From Sphaerochaetaceae bacterium (GTDB lineage Bacteria > Bacillota > Clostridia > Oscillospirales > CAG-272): 64,000 nt of DNA. The DNA lies in NCBI GenBank assembly GCA_963656825.1, contig CAVKJG010000001.1, positions 2,059 to 66,058 on the forward strand, read 5' to 3'. Below the pieces are notes generated by a model that was given only the letters and a program-made list of their open reading frames with translations, did no database searches and was not told where the DNA came from. Below are positions 17,111-25,938 of the stretch, in pieces (position 1 is the first letter of the stretch; the number at the start of each line of letters is the position of its first letter). Both the position numbers and the translations under genes were made by a program.

Positions 17111-17788
17111 TTACTGCTCCGATATGCTTATCAGAGCCGCTTTCAGCCTTGCCGAATATTCGTCAAACGATTCCGAATGAGCGGGTGATTCGCCCGTAAG
17201 CTCAAACCGCACGCTGAGGACAGTGCCGTCGTCGCACTCCCACCTGTATATCGGCGCACCGAAAGCGGCTTTTCCGTCGCTTCCCAGCAGATCGCGTATT
17301 TCCCTGTACGACATTCCCTGCCTTACGGTTATCATCTTCCCGCCCACTGTGACGGTTACAAAGCCGCCCGCTGTCGTGGCGCTTGTTTCCGCTTTTGACG
17401 TGCAGGCTTTCGTCGTTTCGATTTGAGTAAACACGGGCGTTGTCGTCGTAATGACAAGCGGAGTTGTCGTGTAAACGGGAGTCGTGGTATAAGCCTCCTC
17501 GTCTGCAGTTGTGGTTTCGGCACATTCAATCGTGGATTTCTTTGTCGCCGAGCCGGATATGTCAACCTTTTCGTAATGACCGCTTCCGTTATAATTCTGC
17601 CACGGCTCTGCCGCTCCGTTTCCTTTCGGCAACGATCCCGCCACGAGTATTGCCGGAATAACAATTACGGCAAACGCCGCCGCCATCGCCGCGAATTTTA
17701 TTGTTTTCAGCTTTTTTGCTTTTTCTTTCGCGGCTTTCTTTTCGGCTTTTTCATACACCGAGCGGCGAAATTCGTCCATATTCTTCAT
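17111..17788 (-). CDS. single-pass membrane protein, putative anti-sigma factor, Thr-rich extracellular region
   Basis: 4-nt overlap with the upstream ECF sigma gene, one TM helix and a T-rich linker. No ZAS motif. Confidence 0.5.
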   Translation of the reverse strand: MKNMDEFRRSVYEKAEKKAAKEKAKKLKTIKFAAMAAAFAVIVIPAILVAGSLPKGNGAAEPWQNYNGSGHYEKVDISGSATKKSTIECAETTTADEEAYTTTPVYTTTPLVITTTTPVFTQIETTKACTSKAETSATTAGGFVTVTVGGKMITVRQGMSYREIRDLLGSDGKAAFGAPIYRWECDDGTVLSVRFELTGESPAHSESFDEYSARLKAALISISEQ

Positions 17789-18375
17789 ACCGATTCAACC
17801 CCCTTTCCTTCAAGCACTTTTCTTAAGGCTTCTTTTCCTCTGTAAAGCAGATTTGTCATCTGCTTTTTGTTTTTGTTCATTATAATACATATTTCATCGC
17901 CCGAAAATCCGTAAAAATACGTCAGCTTCAGCGCCGTCGCATATTCGGGATTTATCTCCTTCAGCGCGTCGCGCACCGCCTTTGCCTTTTCGTCGGCAAT
18001 AAGCCTGTCTTCAAGAAGCTTTCCGTCCGATATGCTTTCCTCACTTTCGCTTATGTCCTTATCGGAAAAACGTCTGCGACGGCGGATTTTGTCCACCGCT
18101 TTGTTTCTTGCAACGGAAAAAAGATACGTTTTAAGCGAGCATCCGAAAAAATATCTCTTCGGATGAACTATCACGTCCGCGAAAACATCCGCGGCTATAT
18201 CCTCCGCGTCGGCAAAGTTTTTTACAATGCCGTAAGCAAAAAATATAAGCGCGTCGTGATATATTTCAATTATTTTGTCAAATGCCGCGCCGTCGCCGCA
18301 AAGCCATTTTTTGTAAAGCTCCGCTCCGATATCCTTTTCGGATGTTCCGGCGCCGATATTTTTATCCTCCGACAT
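17785..18375 (-). CDS. RNA polymerase sigma factor, sigma-70 ECF-type
   Basis: Region 2 and region 4 patterns (DAEDIAADVF..., LKLTYFYGFSGDEICIIMNKNKKQMTNLLYRGKEALRK). Confidence 0.85.
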   Translation of the reverse strand: MSEDKNIGAGTSEKDIGAELYKKWLCGDGAAFDKIIEIYHDALIFFAYGIVKNFADAEDIAADVFADVIVHPKRYFFGCSLKTYLFSVARNKAVDKIRRRRRFSDKDISESEESISDGKLLEDRLIADEKAKAVRDALKEINPEYATALKLTYFYGFSGDEICIIMNKNKKQMTNLLYRGKEALRKVLEGKGVESV

Positions 18376-18480
18376 AATGCTTTTCCGCTCCTTTGTACCT
18401 ATTAGTCGCAGAGCTGTGAAAAATATCTCACCGCTTTTGCGATTTTTTTACTTTTCATATTGTATCACATTTTTTCTCCC

Positions 18481-18530
18481 GTGAAAAGAGAAAAGCGTTC
18501 TTCCCTGCGAAAAAACGCTTTTTTTGTTTT
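18481..18530 (-). terminator. stem-loop terminator downstream of galE
   Basis: AAGCGTT/AACGCTT stem flanked by A- and T-rich runs. Confidence 0.5.
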
Positions 18531-18540
18531 GTTTTTGCTT

Positions 18541-19557
18541 TTATTTATCGTAGCCGTTGGGATTTTTCGTCTGCCAGCGCCATGTATCCTCGCACATATC
18601 GTCAAGACCTTTTTCGGCTTTCCAGCCGAGAATTTCCTTTGCCTTTGTGGCGTCGGCGTAACATTCGGCAATATCTCCGGGACGCCTGTCGAGCATTACC
18701 TTTTTTATTTCCTTTCCGCACGCTTTTTCAAATGCGGATATCATTTCAAGCACGCTGTAGCCTACGCTCGTACCGAGATTGAAAACTTCAACTCCCTTGT
18801 GAGCGCCGACATAATCCGCCGCGGCAACGTGACCCTTTGCGAGATCGACAACGTGAATATAATCTCTTACTCCCGTGCCGTCCTTTGTGGGATAATCCGT
18901 TCCGTAAACGGTCATCTGAGAAAGCTTACCGACAGCCGTCTGCGCAATACGCGGCATAAGATTGTTCGGAATACCGTTCGGATCCTCGCCTATAAGTCCG
19001 CTTTCGTGCGCGCCGACAGGGTTGAAATAGCGGAGCAAAACCACCGAAAGCTCGGGATTCGCCTTTGCCGCCGACTGCAAAATGACCTCTATCATATATT
19101 TTGTCCAACCGTAAGGGTTCGTGCAGCGACCAACGGGAGCGGTTTCCTTTATCGGCACCTCGTCGGGATCGCCGTAAACCGTCGCCGACGAAGAAAAGAT
19201 GATGTTGTGCGCGTCGTACTTTTTCATCGTTTCAAGCAACGTCAGCGTTGAATCGAGATTGTTTCTGTAATATTTTACAGGCTGCGCAACGGATTCGCCC
19301 ACGGCTTTAAGTCCCGCAAAATGAATCACCGTGTCTATATGCTCTTTTTCAAACACCTTTGAAAGTGCTTCGGCGTCGCACACGTCCACTTCGTAAGCGG
19401 GAAAGCTCTTCCCCGTTATCTGTTTTATTCTGCGTACCGCTTCGGGCTTGCTGTTTGAATAGTTATCCGCAATAACTATGTCATAGCCTGCGGAAAGCAG
19501 CTCCACCGCGGTATGAGAACCTATATATCCGGCACCGCCGGCAAGTAAAATACTCAT
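18541..19557 (-). CDS. galE: UDP-glucose 4-epimerase
   Basis: GGAGYIGSH Rossmann motif, the YxxxK region, and full-length GalE-like sequence. Confidence 0.93.
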   Translation of the reverse strand: MSILLAGGAGYIGSHTAVELLSAGYDIVIADNYSNSKPEAVRRIKQITGKSFPAYEVDVCDAEALSKVFEKEHIDTVIHFAGLKAVGESVAQPVKYYRNNLDSTLTLLETMKKYDAHNIIFSSSATVYGDPDEVPIKETAPVGRCTNPYGWTKYMIEVILQSAAKANPELSVVLLRYFNPVGAHESGLIGEDPNGIPNNLMPRIAQTAVGKLSQMTVYGTDYPTKDGTGVRDYIHVVDLAKGHVAAADYVGAHKGVEVFNLGTSVGYSVLEMISAFEKACGKEIKKVMLDRRPGDIAECYADATKAKEILGWKAEKGLDDMCEDTWRWQTKNPNGYDK

Positions 19558-19596
19558 AATTGCACCCTCCTGTATTTCATTCTTTTTGAGATTACA

Positions 19597-19625
19597 TTAT
19601 ACAACAAACATTTTGATTTGTCAAT
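19597..19625 (-). promoter_or_regulatory. sigma-A promoter of galE (TTGACA-N17-TATAAT)
   Basis: Perfect hexamers on the minus strand, about 40 nt upstream of the galE ATG. Confidence 0.75.
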
Positions 19626-19686
19626 ACTTGCTTTTTTACGTCCGCTCCGAGCGGAAATCCGGCGGATAAAATCAAGGATTTTCACG

Positions 19687-19704
19687 ATTTTATACTTTCG
19701 TATA
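19687..19704. repeat. TTATAC-N4-GTATAA dyad, copy d (ATTTTATACtttcGTATA)
   Basis: Perfect core, about 35 nt downstream of the wecB stop codon and about 60 nt upstream of the galE -35 element. Confidence 0.7.
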
Positions 19705-19738
19705 ATTTGCGATTTATTCTTATAGCAGCTTGATTTTT

Positions 19739-20863
19739 TCAATTGTCGCGCAAAAGCACGTCCGCTATACGTTCCGACGCTTTCCCGTCGCCGTAGGGAT
19801 TTTTTGCGCATGCCATTTTTTCGTACTCGGCTTTATCGCAAAGCAGATTTTTGCACGCGGAATAAATGCTTTCTCCGGACGTTCCGGCAAGCTTAAGCGT
19901 TCCGGCTTTTATTCCCTCGGGACGCTCGGTGACGTCGCGCAGGACAAGCACGGGCTTTGCAAGCGACGGCGCTTCCTCCTGAATTCCTCCGCTGTCGGTA
20001 AGAATAAGATAGCTTTTTGCCATAAGATTGTGAAAACCGCAGACGTCAAGCGGCTCTATAAGCTTTATCCTTTCGCGACCGGAAAGCATCTCGCCTGCGG
20101 CTTTTCTCACCTGCGGATTCGGATGAACGGGATAAACTATTCTCACGTCTTCAAACTCGTCCGCTATTCTGCGCACCGCGCCGAACATTTCGCGCATCGC
20201 TTTGCCTATGCTCTCGCGCCTGTGCGCCGTAAGAAGTATCATTCTGCTGTCTTTCGCCCATTCGGTGACGGGAGAAGAATAGCCTTCTCTTACCGTGTAT
20301 TTCATCGCGTCTATGGCGGTGTTTCCCGTCACGGATATTTTTCTTTCGTCCGCGCCCTCGCGCAGAAGATTTTCGGCGGAAAGCTTTGTCGGCGCAAAAA
20401 GATATTCCGCCGTTATGTCTATCGCGCGGCGGTTGAATTCCTCCGGATACGGAGAGTAAACGTCATATGTGCGGAGTCCCGCCTCGACGTGCCCCACGGG
20501 TATCTTCATATAAAAGCAGGCAAGCGACGCCGCAAAGGCGCTCGTCGTATCGCCGTGAACAAGCACAACGTCGGGCTTTTCCCTTTCAAGCACCGCTTTC
20601 AGCCTTTCGGTAATCGAAAAGGTTATGTCGAAAAGCGTCTGCCCCGATTTCATTATGTCAAGGTCGCAGTCGGCGCTCACACCGAAAATATCCAGCACCG
20701 ATCGGAGCATTTCTCTGTGCTGTCCCGTTACACAAACGTATAAATCAACGTCTTTCCGCTTTTTCAGCTCGATTATCACGGGACACATTTTTATAGCCTC
20801 CGGTCGTGTTCCGAAAACCGCCATTATCTTTTTCAAACCGTGAAAAGCCTCCTTTTCGCTCAT
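19739..20863 (-). CDS. wecB: UDP-N-acetylglucosamine 2-epimerase (non-hydrolysing)
   Basis: FGTRPEAIKMCPV, HGDTTSAFA, LTDSGGIQEEAPSLAKPVLVLRDVTERPE. Confidence 0.93.
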   Translation of the reverse strand: MSEKEAFHGLKKIMAVFGTRPEAIKMCPVIIELKKRKDVDLYVCVTGQHREMLRSVLDIFGVSADCDLDIMKSGQTLFDITFSITERLKAVLEREKPDVVLVHGDTTSAFAASLACFYMKIPVGHVEAGLRTYDVYSPYPEEFNRRAIDITAEYLFAPTKLSAENLLREGADERKISVTGNTAIDAMKYTVREGYSSPVTEWAKDSRMILLTAHRRESIGKAMREMFGAVRRIADEFEDVRIVYPVHPNPQVRKAAGEMLSGRERIKLIEPLDVCGFHNLMAKSYLILTDSGGIQEEAPSLAKPVLVLRDVTERPEGIKAGTLKLAGTSGESIYSACKNLLCDKAEYEKMACAKNPYGDGKASERIADVLLRDN

Positions 20864-21016
20864 TTTTAATCTTACAGCATGAATATTATAGCATATAAAT
20901 GAGCCGTATGTTAAAGTTTTTTCACATATTTTTCAAAACGCTTGAAAAGATACGCCGTTTGCTGTAAAATATATTTGTTTGATTTTCAAAAACCATCCGA
21001 AAGGTAACTGTGTAAA

Positions 21017-21601
21017 ATGAAAAAGGTATTCAGAAATCACCCCGTACTCTCCGCGCTCGGACGAATTCTTTTGATTGCCGTCGTCTGCGCGTGCATAGCG
21101 ACGATAGCTTTGTCCTTTTGCGCATATCTGCGCTACAAGGAAGGGCGTTTTCTCGTTTCAAGCATTTCACTGCTCGTGCTTCTTTGCGTTTTCTGCGCGA
21201 TAGGTCTGCCGCAGATGTGGAAAAAATGCTCGGAAAAGCTTGTTGTCACCGATGATTCGGTAACGTGGAAATGTGCGTTTGCAAAAAAACATTCCGTTCC
21301 GATAAGTGAAATAAAATACTCAAAAACGGCGTTTTATAAAGCGGAGGACGATCCTCGCGCCGACATTTACAAAGCCGGAAAGTACTGCGTAATCGTATCG
21401 ACAGAGCCGATACCGCAGGTAAAAGCACGCAAATACAAATGCAGCGATACCCTGATAGTGTTCCCGACGACGTCGGGACTTTGCAGATGCCTGTCCGAAG
21501 CTCTGGGCGATTCTTCGTGCGGCGGAATATTCAAAGCGATGGCAAACAAGGAAGAGCGCCTTGTCAAAGAAGCCGGAAAATCAGCCAAACACAGAAAATA
21601 A
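21017..21601 (+). CDS. hypothetical membrane protein (2 TM helices plus a cytoplasmic domain)
   Basis: ORF preceded by a TTGAAA-N17-TAAAAT promoter-like element. No family recognised. Confidence 0.5.
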   Translation: MKKVFRNHPVLSALGRILLIAVVCACIATIALSFCAYLRYKEGRFLVSSISLLVLLCVFCAIGLPQMWKKCSEKLVVTDDSVTWKCAFAKKHSVPISEIKYSKTAFYKAEDDPRADIYKAGKYCVIVSTEPIPQVKARKYKCSDTLIVFPTTSGLCRCLSEALGDSSCGGIFKAMANKEERLVKEAGKSAKHRK

Positions 21602-21633
21602 CCGAAATATTTTTCTGAAAGGAAATTTTGTTT

Positions 21634-22455
21634 ATGATAAAATACGACAGATATGCAGGCGGCAAGCGTTATGCCGCAACCTTCAGCTATGACGACGGCG
21701 GCGCGGCGGACAGACGCCTTGTCGGACTTTTCAACAAGTACGGCGCAAAATGCACGTTCAACCTTATTTCCTCATCGCTTGTAAAAGCCGAGGGAACGGG
21801 AATAAAGACTGCCGAGCTTAAAGACCTTTACGACGGTCACGAGATCGCCTGCCATACATATTCGCACCCGCATCTTGAAAGAATGTCCGTTCAGGATCAG
21901 TACGAGGAGCTTATCCGCGACAGGCAGATAATAGAAGACGCCACGGGCAGAATCGTGCGCGGACTTGCGTATCCGTTCGGCACTTACAGTCCGGACACGA
22001 CCTTTGCCGCAATGAAAACCGCTTCCCTTGTCTACGGCAGGACGGCAACCGCCTCAAACTGCTTTGAGCTTCCGTCCGATTTCAGAATATGGAATCCCAC
22101 CACGCACCACAACGAGTGCGAGCCGTATGTGAAAAAATTTCTTTACAACGTTGAAAAGGCGATATGGCGCGCGGGCGGCGTGCTTTACATATGGGGACAC
22201 AGCTACGAGCTTGACAATAAAGACTATCCTGTTCAGTGGCAGCAGCTCGAAGGCGTGCTCGCCTCCCTTGCGGACGACGCGGACGGCATATGGTTTGCCA
22301 CAAACATAGAAATTTACGATTACGTAAACGCCCTCAAAGCGCTCCGCCGCTCAGCCGACGGAAAGACGTTTTACAATCCCACGGATATAGACCTGTGGAT
22401 TTCGGTTGACGATCAGCCGCTTGAAATTCCCAGAATATCGACGGTGACGATATGA
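21634..22455 (+). CDS. polysaccharide deacetylase (NodB homology domain), no signal peptide
   Basis: FSYDDG and HTYSHPHL motifs. ATG 21634 is preferred over the TTG at 21628. Confidence 0.8.
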   Translation: MIKYDRYAGGKRYAATFSYDDGGAADRRLVGLFNKYGAKCTFNLISSSLVKAEGTGIKTAELKDLYDGHEIACHTYSHPHLERMSVQDQYEELIRDRQIIEDATGRIVRGLAYPFGTYSPDTTFAAMKTASLVYGRTATASNCFELPSDFRIWNPTTHHNECEPYVKKFLYNVEKAIWRAGGVLYIWGHSYELDNKDYPVQWQQLEGVLASLADDADGIWFATNIEIYDYVNALKALRRSADGKTFYNPTDIDLWISVDDQPLEIPRISTVTI

Positions 22456-23252
22456 TAAAATACGACAGATACCCGGGCGGAAAGCATTTCGCCGTAACCT
22501 TCAGCTATGACGACGGAAACATCGCCGACAGGCGACTTGTCGCGCTTTTCAACAAATATAATCTCAAAGCGACGTTTCACCTTATACCGTCAAGATTCGG
22601 CGGCGACACGGTAATTTCCTCAGACGAAGTAAAAACGCTTTATTCCGGTCACGAAATATCGGGGCACACTTATTCGCACCCGCATCTTGTCGGAATGCCG
22701 GTCTCCGCTCAGCTTGAAGAAATAACGCGCTGCCGTACCGAGCTTGAAGCCCTTTCGGGAACGCTCGTGCGCGGAATGTCGCTTCCCTACGGCGGAAAAA
22801 ATACCGATACGGTAACGGCGATGAAGGCAGCGGGCATAGCATATTCACGCAACGCAGGCTCCACGGGCGGACTGTCGATTCCGGCGGACTTTCTTGATTG
22901 GAATCCCACCTGTCATCATTCGGCAGCACCGAAAATTATAGAAAGCTTCAAAAACGCGTGGATAAATCAGTCGTGGAGCTACGGCGGACTTATCGATATT
23001 TGGGGACACAGCTTTGAATTCGATCGTGCAGACAACTGGCAGCTTGCCGAAGAAATGTGCGCTTCGCTTTCCGGCCTGCCGGACGTCTGGTATGCGACGA
23101 ATATAGAAATCTGCGATTACATAACCGCCCGACGCGCGCTTATCGTATCACAGGATCAAAAGACAATTTTCAATCCGTCGGCGATTTCCGTATGGGTAAG
23201 CTCGGACGGCTCCGCGCTTGAAATAAAAGGCGGAGAAACCGTCAGGCTGTAA
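22452..23252 (+). CDS. polysaccharide deacetylase paralog (NodB homology domain)
   Basis: FSYDDG and HTYSHPHL motifs. Collinear similarity to the upstream gene, with an ATGA start/stop overlap. Confidence 0.8.
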   Translation: MIKYDRYPGGKHFAVTFSYDDGNIADRRLVALFNKYNLKATFHLIPSRFGGDTVISSDEVKTLYSGHEISGHTYSHPHLVGMPVSAQLEEITRCRTELEALSGTLVRGMSLPYGGKNTDTVTAMKAAGIAYSRNAGSTGGLSIPADFLDWNPTCHHSAAPKIIESFKNAWINQSWSYGGLIDIWGHSFEFDRADNWQLAEEMCASLSGLPDVWYATNIEICDYITARRALIVSQDQKTIFNPSAISVWVSSDGSALEIKGGETVRL

Positions 23253-23286
23253 TTTGAAAAAGCTCGACACCGGCGTGATTTTCGAT

Positions 23287-23304
23287 AATTTATACTTTTG
23301 TATT
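23287..23304. repeat. TTATAC-N4-GTATAA dyad, copy e (AATTTATACttttGTATT)
   Basis: One core mismatch. It lies 35 nt after the deacetylase stop codon and 24 nt before the ylmH ATG. Confidence 0.65.
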
Positions 23305-23327
23305 ATTTTTGTCGGGAGGATATACAT

Positions 23328-24104
23328 ATGACCGAAAAAGACGTGCTTATCTCTCACCTTTCGGACAAGCTCCGCCACTGTCGTGAGCGCGACTGTATTC
23401 AGAGCACGCACTTTCTCGACGCAGCCTCTCTGTCGGAGGCAAAGCGTTTCTGCGCCGCCGAAAAAGCGCGCGCGGTATTTTTCGGAGGCTACGAAAACGC
23501 CGAAAGAGTTATATGCGCCTTTGTACCCGATTTTTATCCGGACGAAATGTTTCCGTCGTATTTTTTCGACGAAAGCGAGGATCAGCCCGTCAAAGCCGTG
23601 AGATGCACGTGGGCGCAAGGCTCGCCGCAGCTTTCTCACCGCGACATTTTAGGCTCGATGCTTGCGCTCGGAATAACGCGCGAAGCCACAGGCGATATTC
23701 TCGTTTCGGAAGCTTTTGCTGACATTTTCGTACTTCCGCAGATGGTCGGGTTTTTGATTTCTCATTACGAAAAAGCCGGAAGAGCCGCACTTTCCGTGCG
23801 CGAAATTCCGCTTTCCGAGGTTGTTTTTCCGGAGGTAAACGTCGAACGTATGCGCGACACGGTCGCTTCCATGCGGCTCGACTGCGTGCTTTCGGCAATA
23901 TATTCTCTTTCACGATCGAAGGCGGAGGAAGCAGTGTCGGCAGGTATTGCCTTTGTAAACGACATAAAAGCATCGAAGCCCGACGCCCCGATAAAAGACG
24001 GCGATAAAATAGTTCTGCGCGGAATGGGCAAGGCAAAAATCATATCGTCGGACGGCGTATCCAAGCGAGGCAGAACCGTAATAATCTTCGACAGATACAG
24101 GTAA
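23328..24104 (+). CDS. ylmH: YlmH-like RNA-binding S4-domain protein
   Basis: GGGAGGA RBS then ATG 23328. A C-terminal S4 domain (MRLDCVLSAIYSLSRSKAEEAVSAGIAFVN) and YlmH-like length. Confidence 0.75.
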   Translation: MTEKDVLISHLSDKLRHCRERDCIQSTHFLDAASLSEAKRFCAAEKARAVFFGGYENAERVICAFVPDFYPDEMFPSYFFDESEDQPVKAVRCTWAQGSPQLSHRDILGSMLALGITREATGDILVSEAFADIFVLPQMVGFLISHYEKAGRAALSVREIPLSEVVFPEVNVERMRDTVASMRLDCVLSAIYSLSRSKAEEAVSAGIAFVNDIKASKPDAPIKDGDKIVLRGMGKAKIISSDGVSKRGRTVIIFDRYR

Positions 24105-24110
24105 TTTCAG

Positions 24111-24128
24111 ATATTATACTTTTGTATA
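24111..24128. repeat. TTATAC-N4-GTATAA dyad, copy f (ATATTATACttttGTATA)
   Basis: Perfect core, 7 nt after the ylmH stop codon and 18 nt before the rlmA ATG, abutting its RBS. Confidence 0.7.
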
Positions 24129-24145
24129 TTTCAAAGGAGCAGCAT

Positions 24146-24973
24146 ATGTCGGAATTCACTTGTCCCGTGTGCGGACAAAGACTTGAAAGACACGATTCGC
24201 AGATGAAGTGCCCTCTCGGGCACAGCTACGACATATCCCGCCGCGGATATGTAAATCTGCTGATGTCGCAGGCGTCGTCGAAAAAACGTCACGGCGACGA
24301 CAGCGAAATGGTGTCGGCGCGGACGCGCTTTCTCTCGCTCGGGCATTATGACAGGCTCCGCAGCGAAGTCTGCGATATCGCGCTCGGGCTTATTTCGCAC
24401 GGCGGCGTGATAGCCGACATCGGCTGCGGCGAATGCTACTACACGGAACATATCGCCCGTGCAATGAAAGAAAAAAACATTCCGTGCGACATATACGGAA
24501 TAGATATATCCAAAAAGGCTCTCGACGCCGCGGGAAAACGCAATTGCGGAATATCGCTTGCTGTCGCAAGCGCGTTTTCGCTCCCGCTGGCAGACGAATC
24601 CGCAGACCTTATTCTCAACCTTTTCGCTCCGCACGAGCCGAAGGAATTTTCAAGAATTTCCGCACCCGACGCAAAGATGATAAGGGTGTTCCCTCTTGCC
24701 CGTCATCTGTGGGAGCTCAAGGAAGCCATCTATGATGCGCCATACGAAAATGTCATTGACACGCTTGACTTTTCCGGTTTTACACTCATGTATAAAAAGG
24801 AGCTTTCGTACCGTATTCAGCTGGCTTCGCAAAGCGAAATTCTTGACCTTTTCACAATGACGCCGTACTGCTACAAAACCTCCGAAAAGGACAGAAAAAA
24901 GCTTGACGCGCTCACCTCGCTCGACACGCGCGTCGAATTCTGCATAGCGGTTTACGAAAAAAGCGAGAGCTGA
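24146..24973 (+). CDS. rlmA: 23S rRNA (guanine745-N1)-methyltransferase RlmA-like
   Basis: Zn-ribbon FTCPVCGQRLE...CPLGHSYDISRRGYVNLL and a SAM motif DIGCGECYY. AAAGGAG RBS precedes ATG 24146. Confidence 0.85.
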   Translation: MSEFTCPVCGQRLERHDSQMKCPLGHSYDISRRGYVNLLMSQASSKKRHGDDSEMVSARTRFLSLGHYDRLRSEVCDIALGLISHGGVIADIGCGECYYTEHIARAMKEKNIPCDIYGIDISKKALDAAGKRNCGISLAVASAFSLPLADESADLILNLFAPHEPKEFSRISAPDAKMIRVFPLARHLWELKEAIYDAPYENVIDTLDFSGFTLMYKKELSYRIQLASQSEILDLFTMTPYCYKTSEKDRKKLDALTSLDTRVEFCIAVYEKSES

Positions 24974-25002
24974 TTGACACACCCGTCTTTCCATGGTATA
25001 AT
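24974..25002 (+). promoter_or_regulatory. sigma-A promoter of the amidase gene (TTGACA-N17-TGgTATAAT)
   Basis: Perfect -35 and -10 elements with an extended TG, directly after the rlmA stop codon. Confidence 0.75.
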
Positions 25003-25033
25003 TTTAATCGAGTTGATATGAGAGGAGGCGCGC

Positions 25034-25852
25034 ATGAAGAAAAATAAAAGCTTCAGAGAAAACGGAAGATCGAGCGGCGGCTCGGTCGGATTTTTCAGGG
25101 TTCTGGGGCTTACTGTTATAATTGTGGCTGCGGCATTTATCATAAATCTGACTTCGCCCTTTGAGGAAGCGCACGAAACCACCGCATCGTCCGGAACGTC
25201 AACGGTTGCAACCACGACCACGCAGACAACGGCGCAGACGAGTGCCGTCACAACGACGACAACGGAAGCCAAACCTTCCACATCAACGTCAACATCGACG
25301 CCGCGGGAAACCGCCGCTCCGACCTCGCGCGTACCGACGGACGAGGAAATGAAAAAGCTGATAGAAGAAAAAGATCTGCCGATAAATCCTCATTCGCGTG
25401 TCGGGCACAAGCGTACAGCCACAACGCAAATAGTCGTTCACTACGTCGCAAATCCGTCCTCCACGGCGGAGCAGAACTGGAGCTGCTTTAACAACTACGC
25501 AACGTCCGGCGAACGCGACGCAAGCTCAAATTTCATCGTAGGTCTTGACGGAGAAATAATTCAGTGCATGCCAATAGACGAGGTTTCGTATCACGCGGGA
25601 AAGGTGAATTATTACTCAATAGGAATCGAAGTGTGCCACCCGACAGCCGACGGAAAATTCAACGAGGCTACATATAATTCGCTTGTGAAGCTTGTTTCTT
25701 GGCTTTGCAAAAAATACGGAATTTCAAAAGAAAACGTTATCCGCCATTACGATGTAAACGGAAAGGATTGTCCGCGCTACTATGCCGGCGAGCCCGGCAG
25801 CGACGGCTATCGCAGGTGGGAAGCCTTTAAGGACGACCTTATATTTGACTGA
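25034..25852 (+). CDS. N-acetylmuramoyl-L-alanine amidase (amidase_2/PGRP domain), membrane-anchored with Thr-rich linker
   Basis: N-terminal TM helix, T-rich linker, and VVHYVANP...SSNFIVGLDGEIIQ...SYHAG...IGIEVCH. Confidence 0.85.
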   Translation: MKKNKSFRENGRSSGGSVGFFRVLGLTVIIVAAAFIINLTSPFEEAHETTASSGTSTVATTTTQTTAQTSAVTTTTTEAKPSTSTSTSTPRETAAPTSRVPTDEEMKKLIEEKDLPINPHSRVGHKRTATTQIVVHYVANPSSTAEQNWSCFNNYATSGERDASSNFIVGLDGEIIQCMPIDEVSYHAGKVNYYSIGIEVCHPTADGKFNEATYNSLVKLVSWLCKKYGISKENVIRHYDVNGKDCPRYYAGEPGSDGYRRWEAFKDDLIFD

Positions 25853-25871
25853 CGCCGTCTTGATTTTTCGC

Positions 25872-25889
25872 ATATTATACTTTCGTATA
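25872..25889. repeat. TTATAC-N4-GTATAA dyad, copy g (ATATTATACtttcGTATA)
   Basis: Perfect core, 20 nt after the amidase stop codon and directly before the bidirectional terminator. Confidence 0.7.
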
Positions 25890-25893
25890 AAAC

Positions 25894-25926
25894 AAAAAGC
25901 TCCGCTTTTCAAAGCGGAGCTTTTTG
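25894..25926. terminator. bidirectional terminator between the amidase gene (+) and dut (-)
   Basis: AAAAAGCTCCGCTTTTCAAAGCGGAGCTTTTT. Confidence 0.85.
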
Positions 25927-25938
25927 TTTTGCGTTTTT

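Noticed and set aside
19636-19670. The hairpin TCCGCTCCGAGCGGA between wecB and galE, considered as a terminator.
   Set aside because: The T-run precedes rather than follows the stem on the plus strand, so the minus-strand transcript would have an A-run after the stem. It fits a rho-independent terminator in neither orientation.
19687-25889. The resemblance of ATACTTTCGTATA to the loxP arm ATAACTTCGTATA, and the idea that the dyads are integron attC or Xer/dif-type recombination sites.
   Set aside because: No recombinase or integrase gene is present. The flanked genes are core housekeeping genes with their own promoters. The sites lack the 6-8 bp asymmetric spacer with 11-13 bp arms (lox/dif) and the R/L box structure (attC). 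The similarity is probably coincidental, so recombination is kept only as a low-probability option in the main finding.
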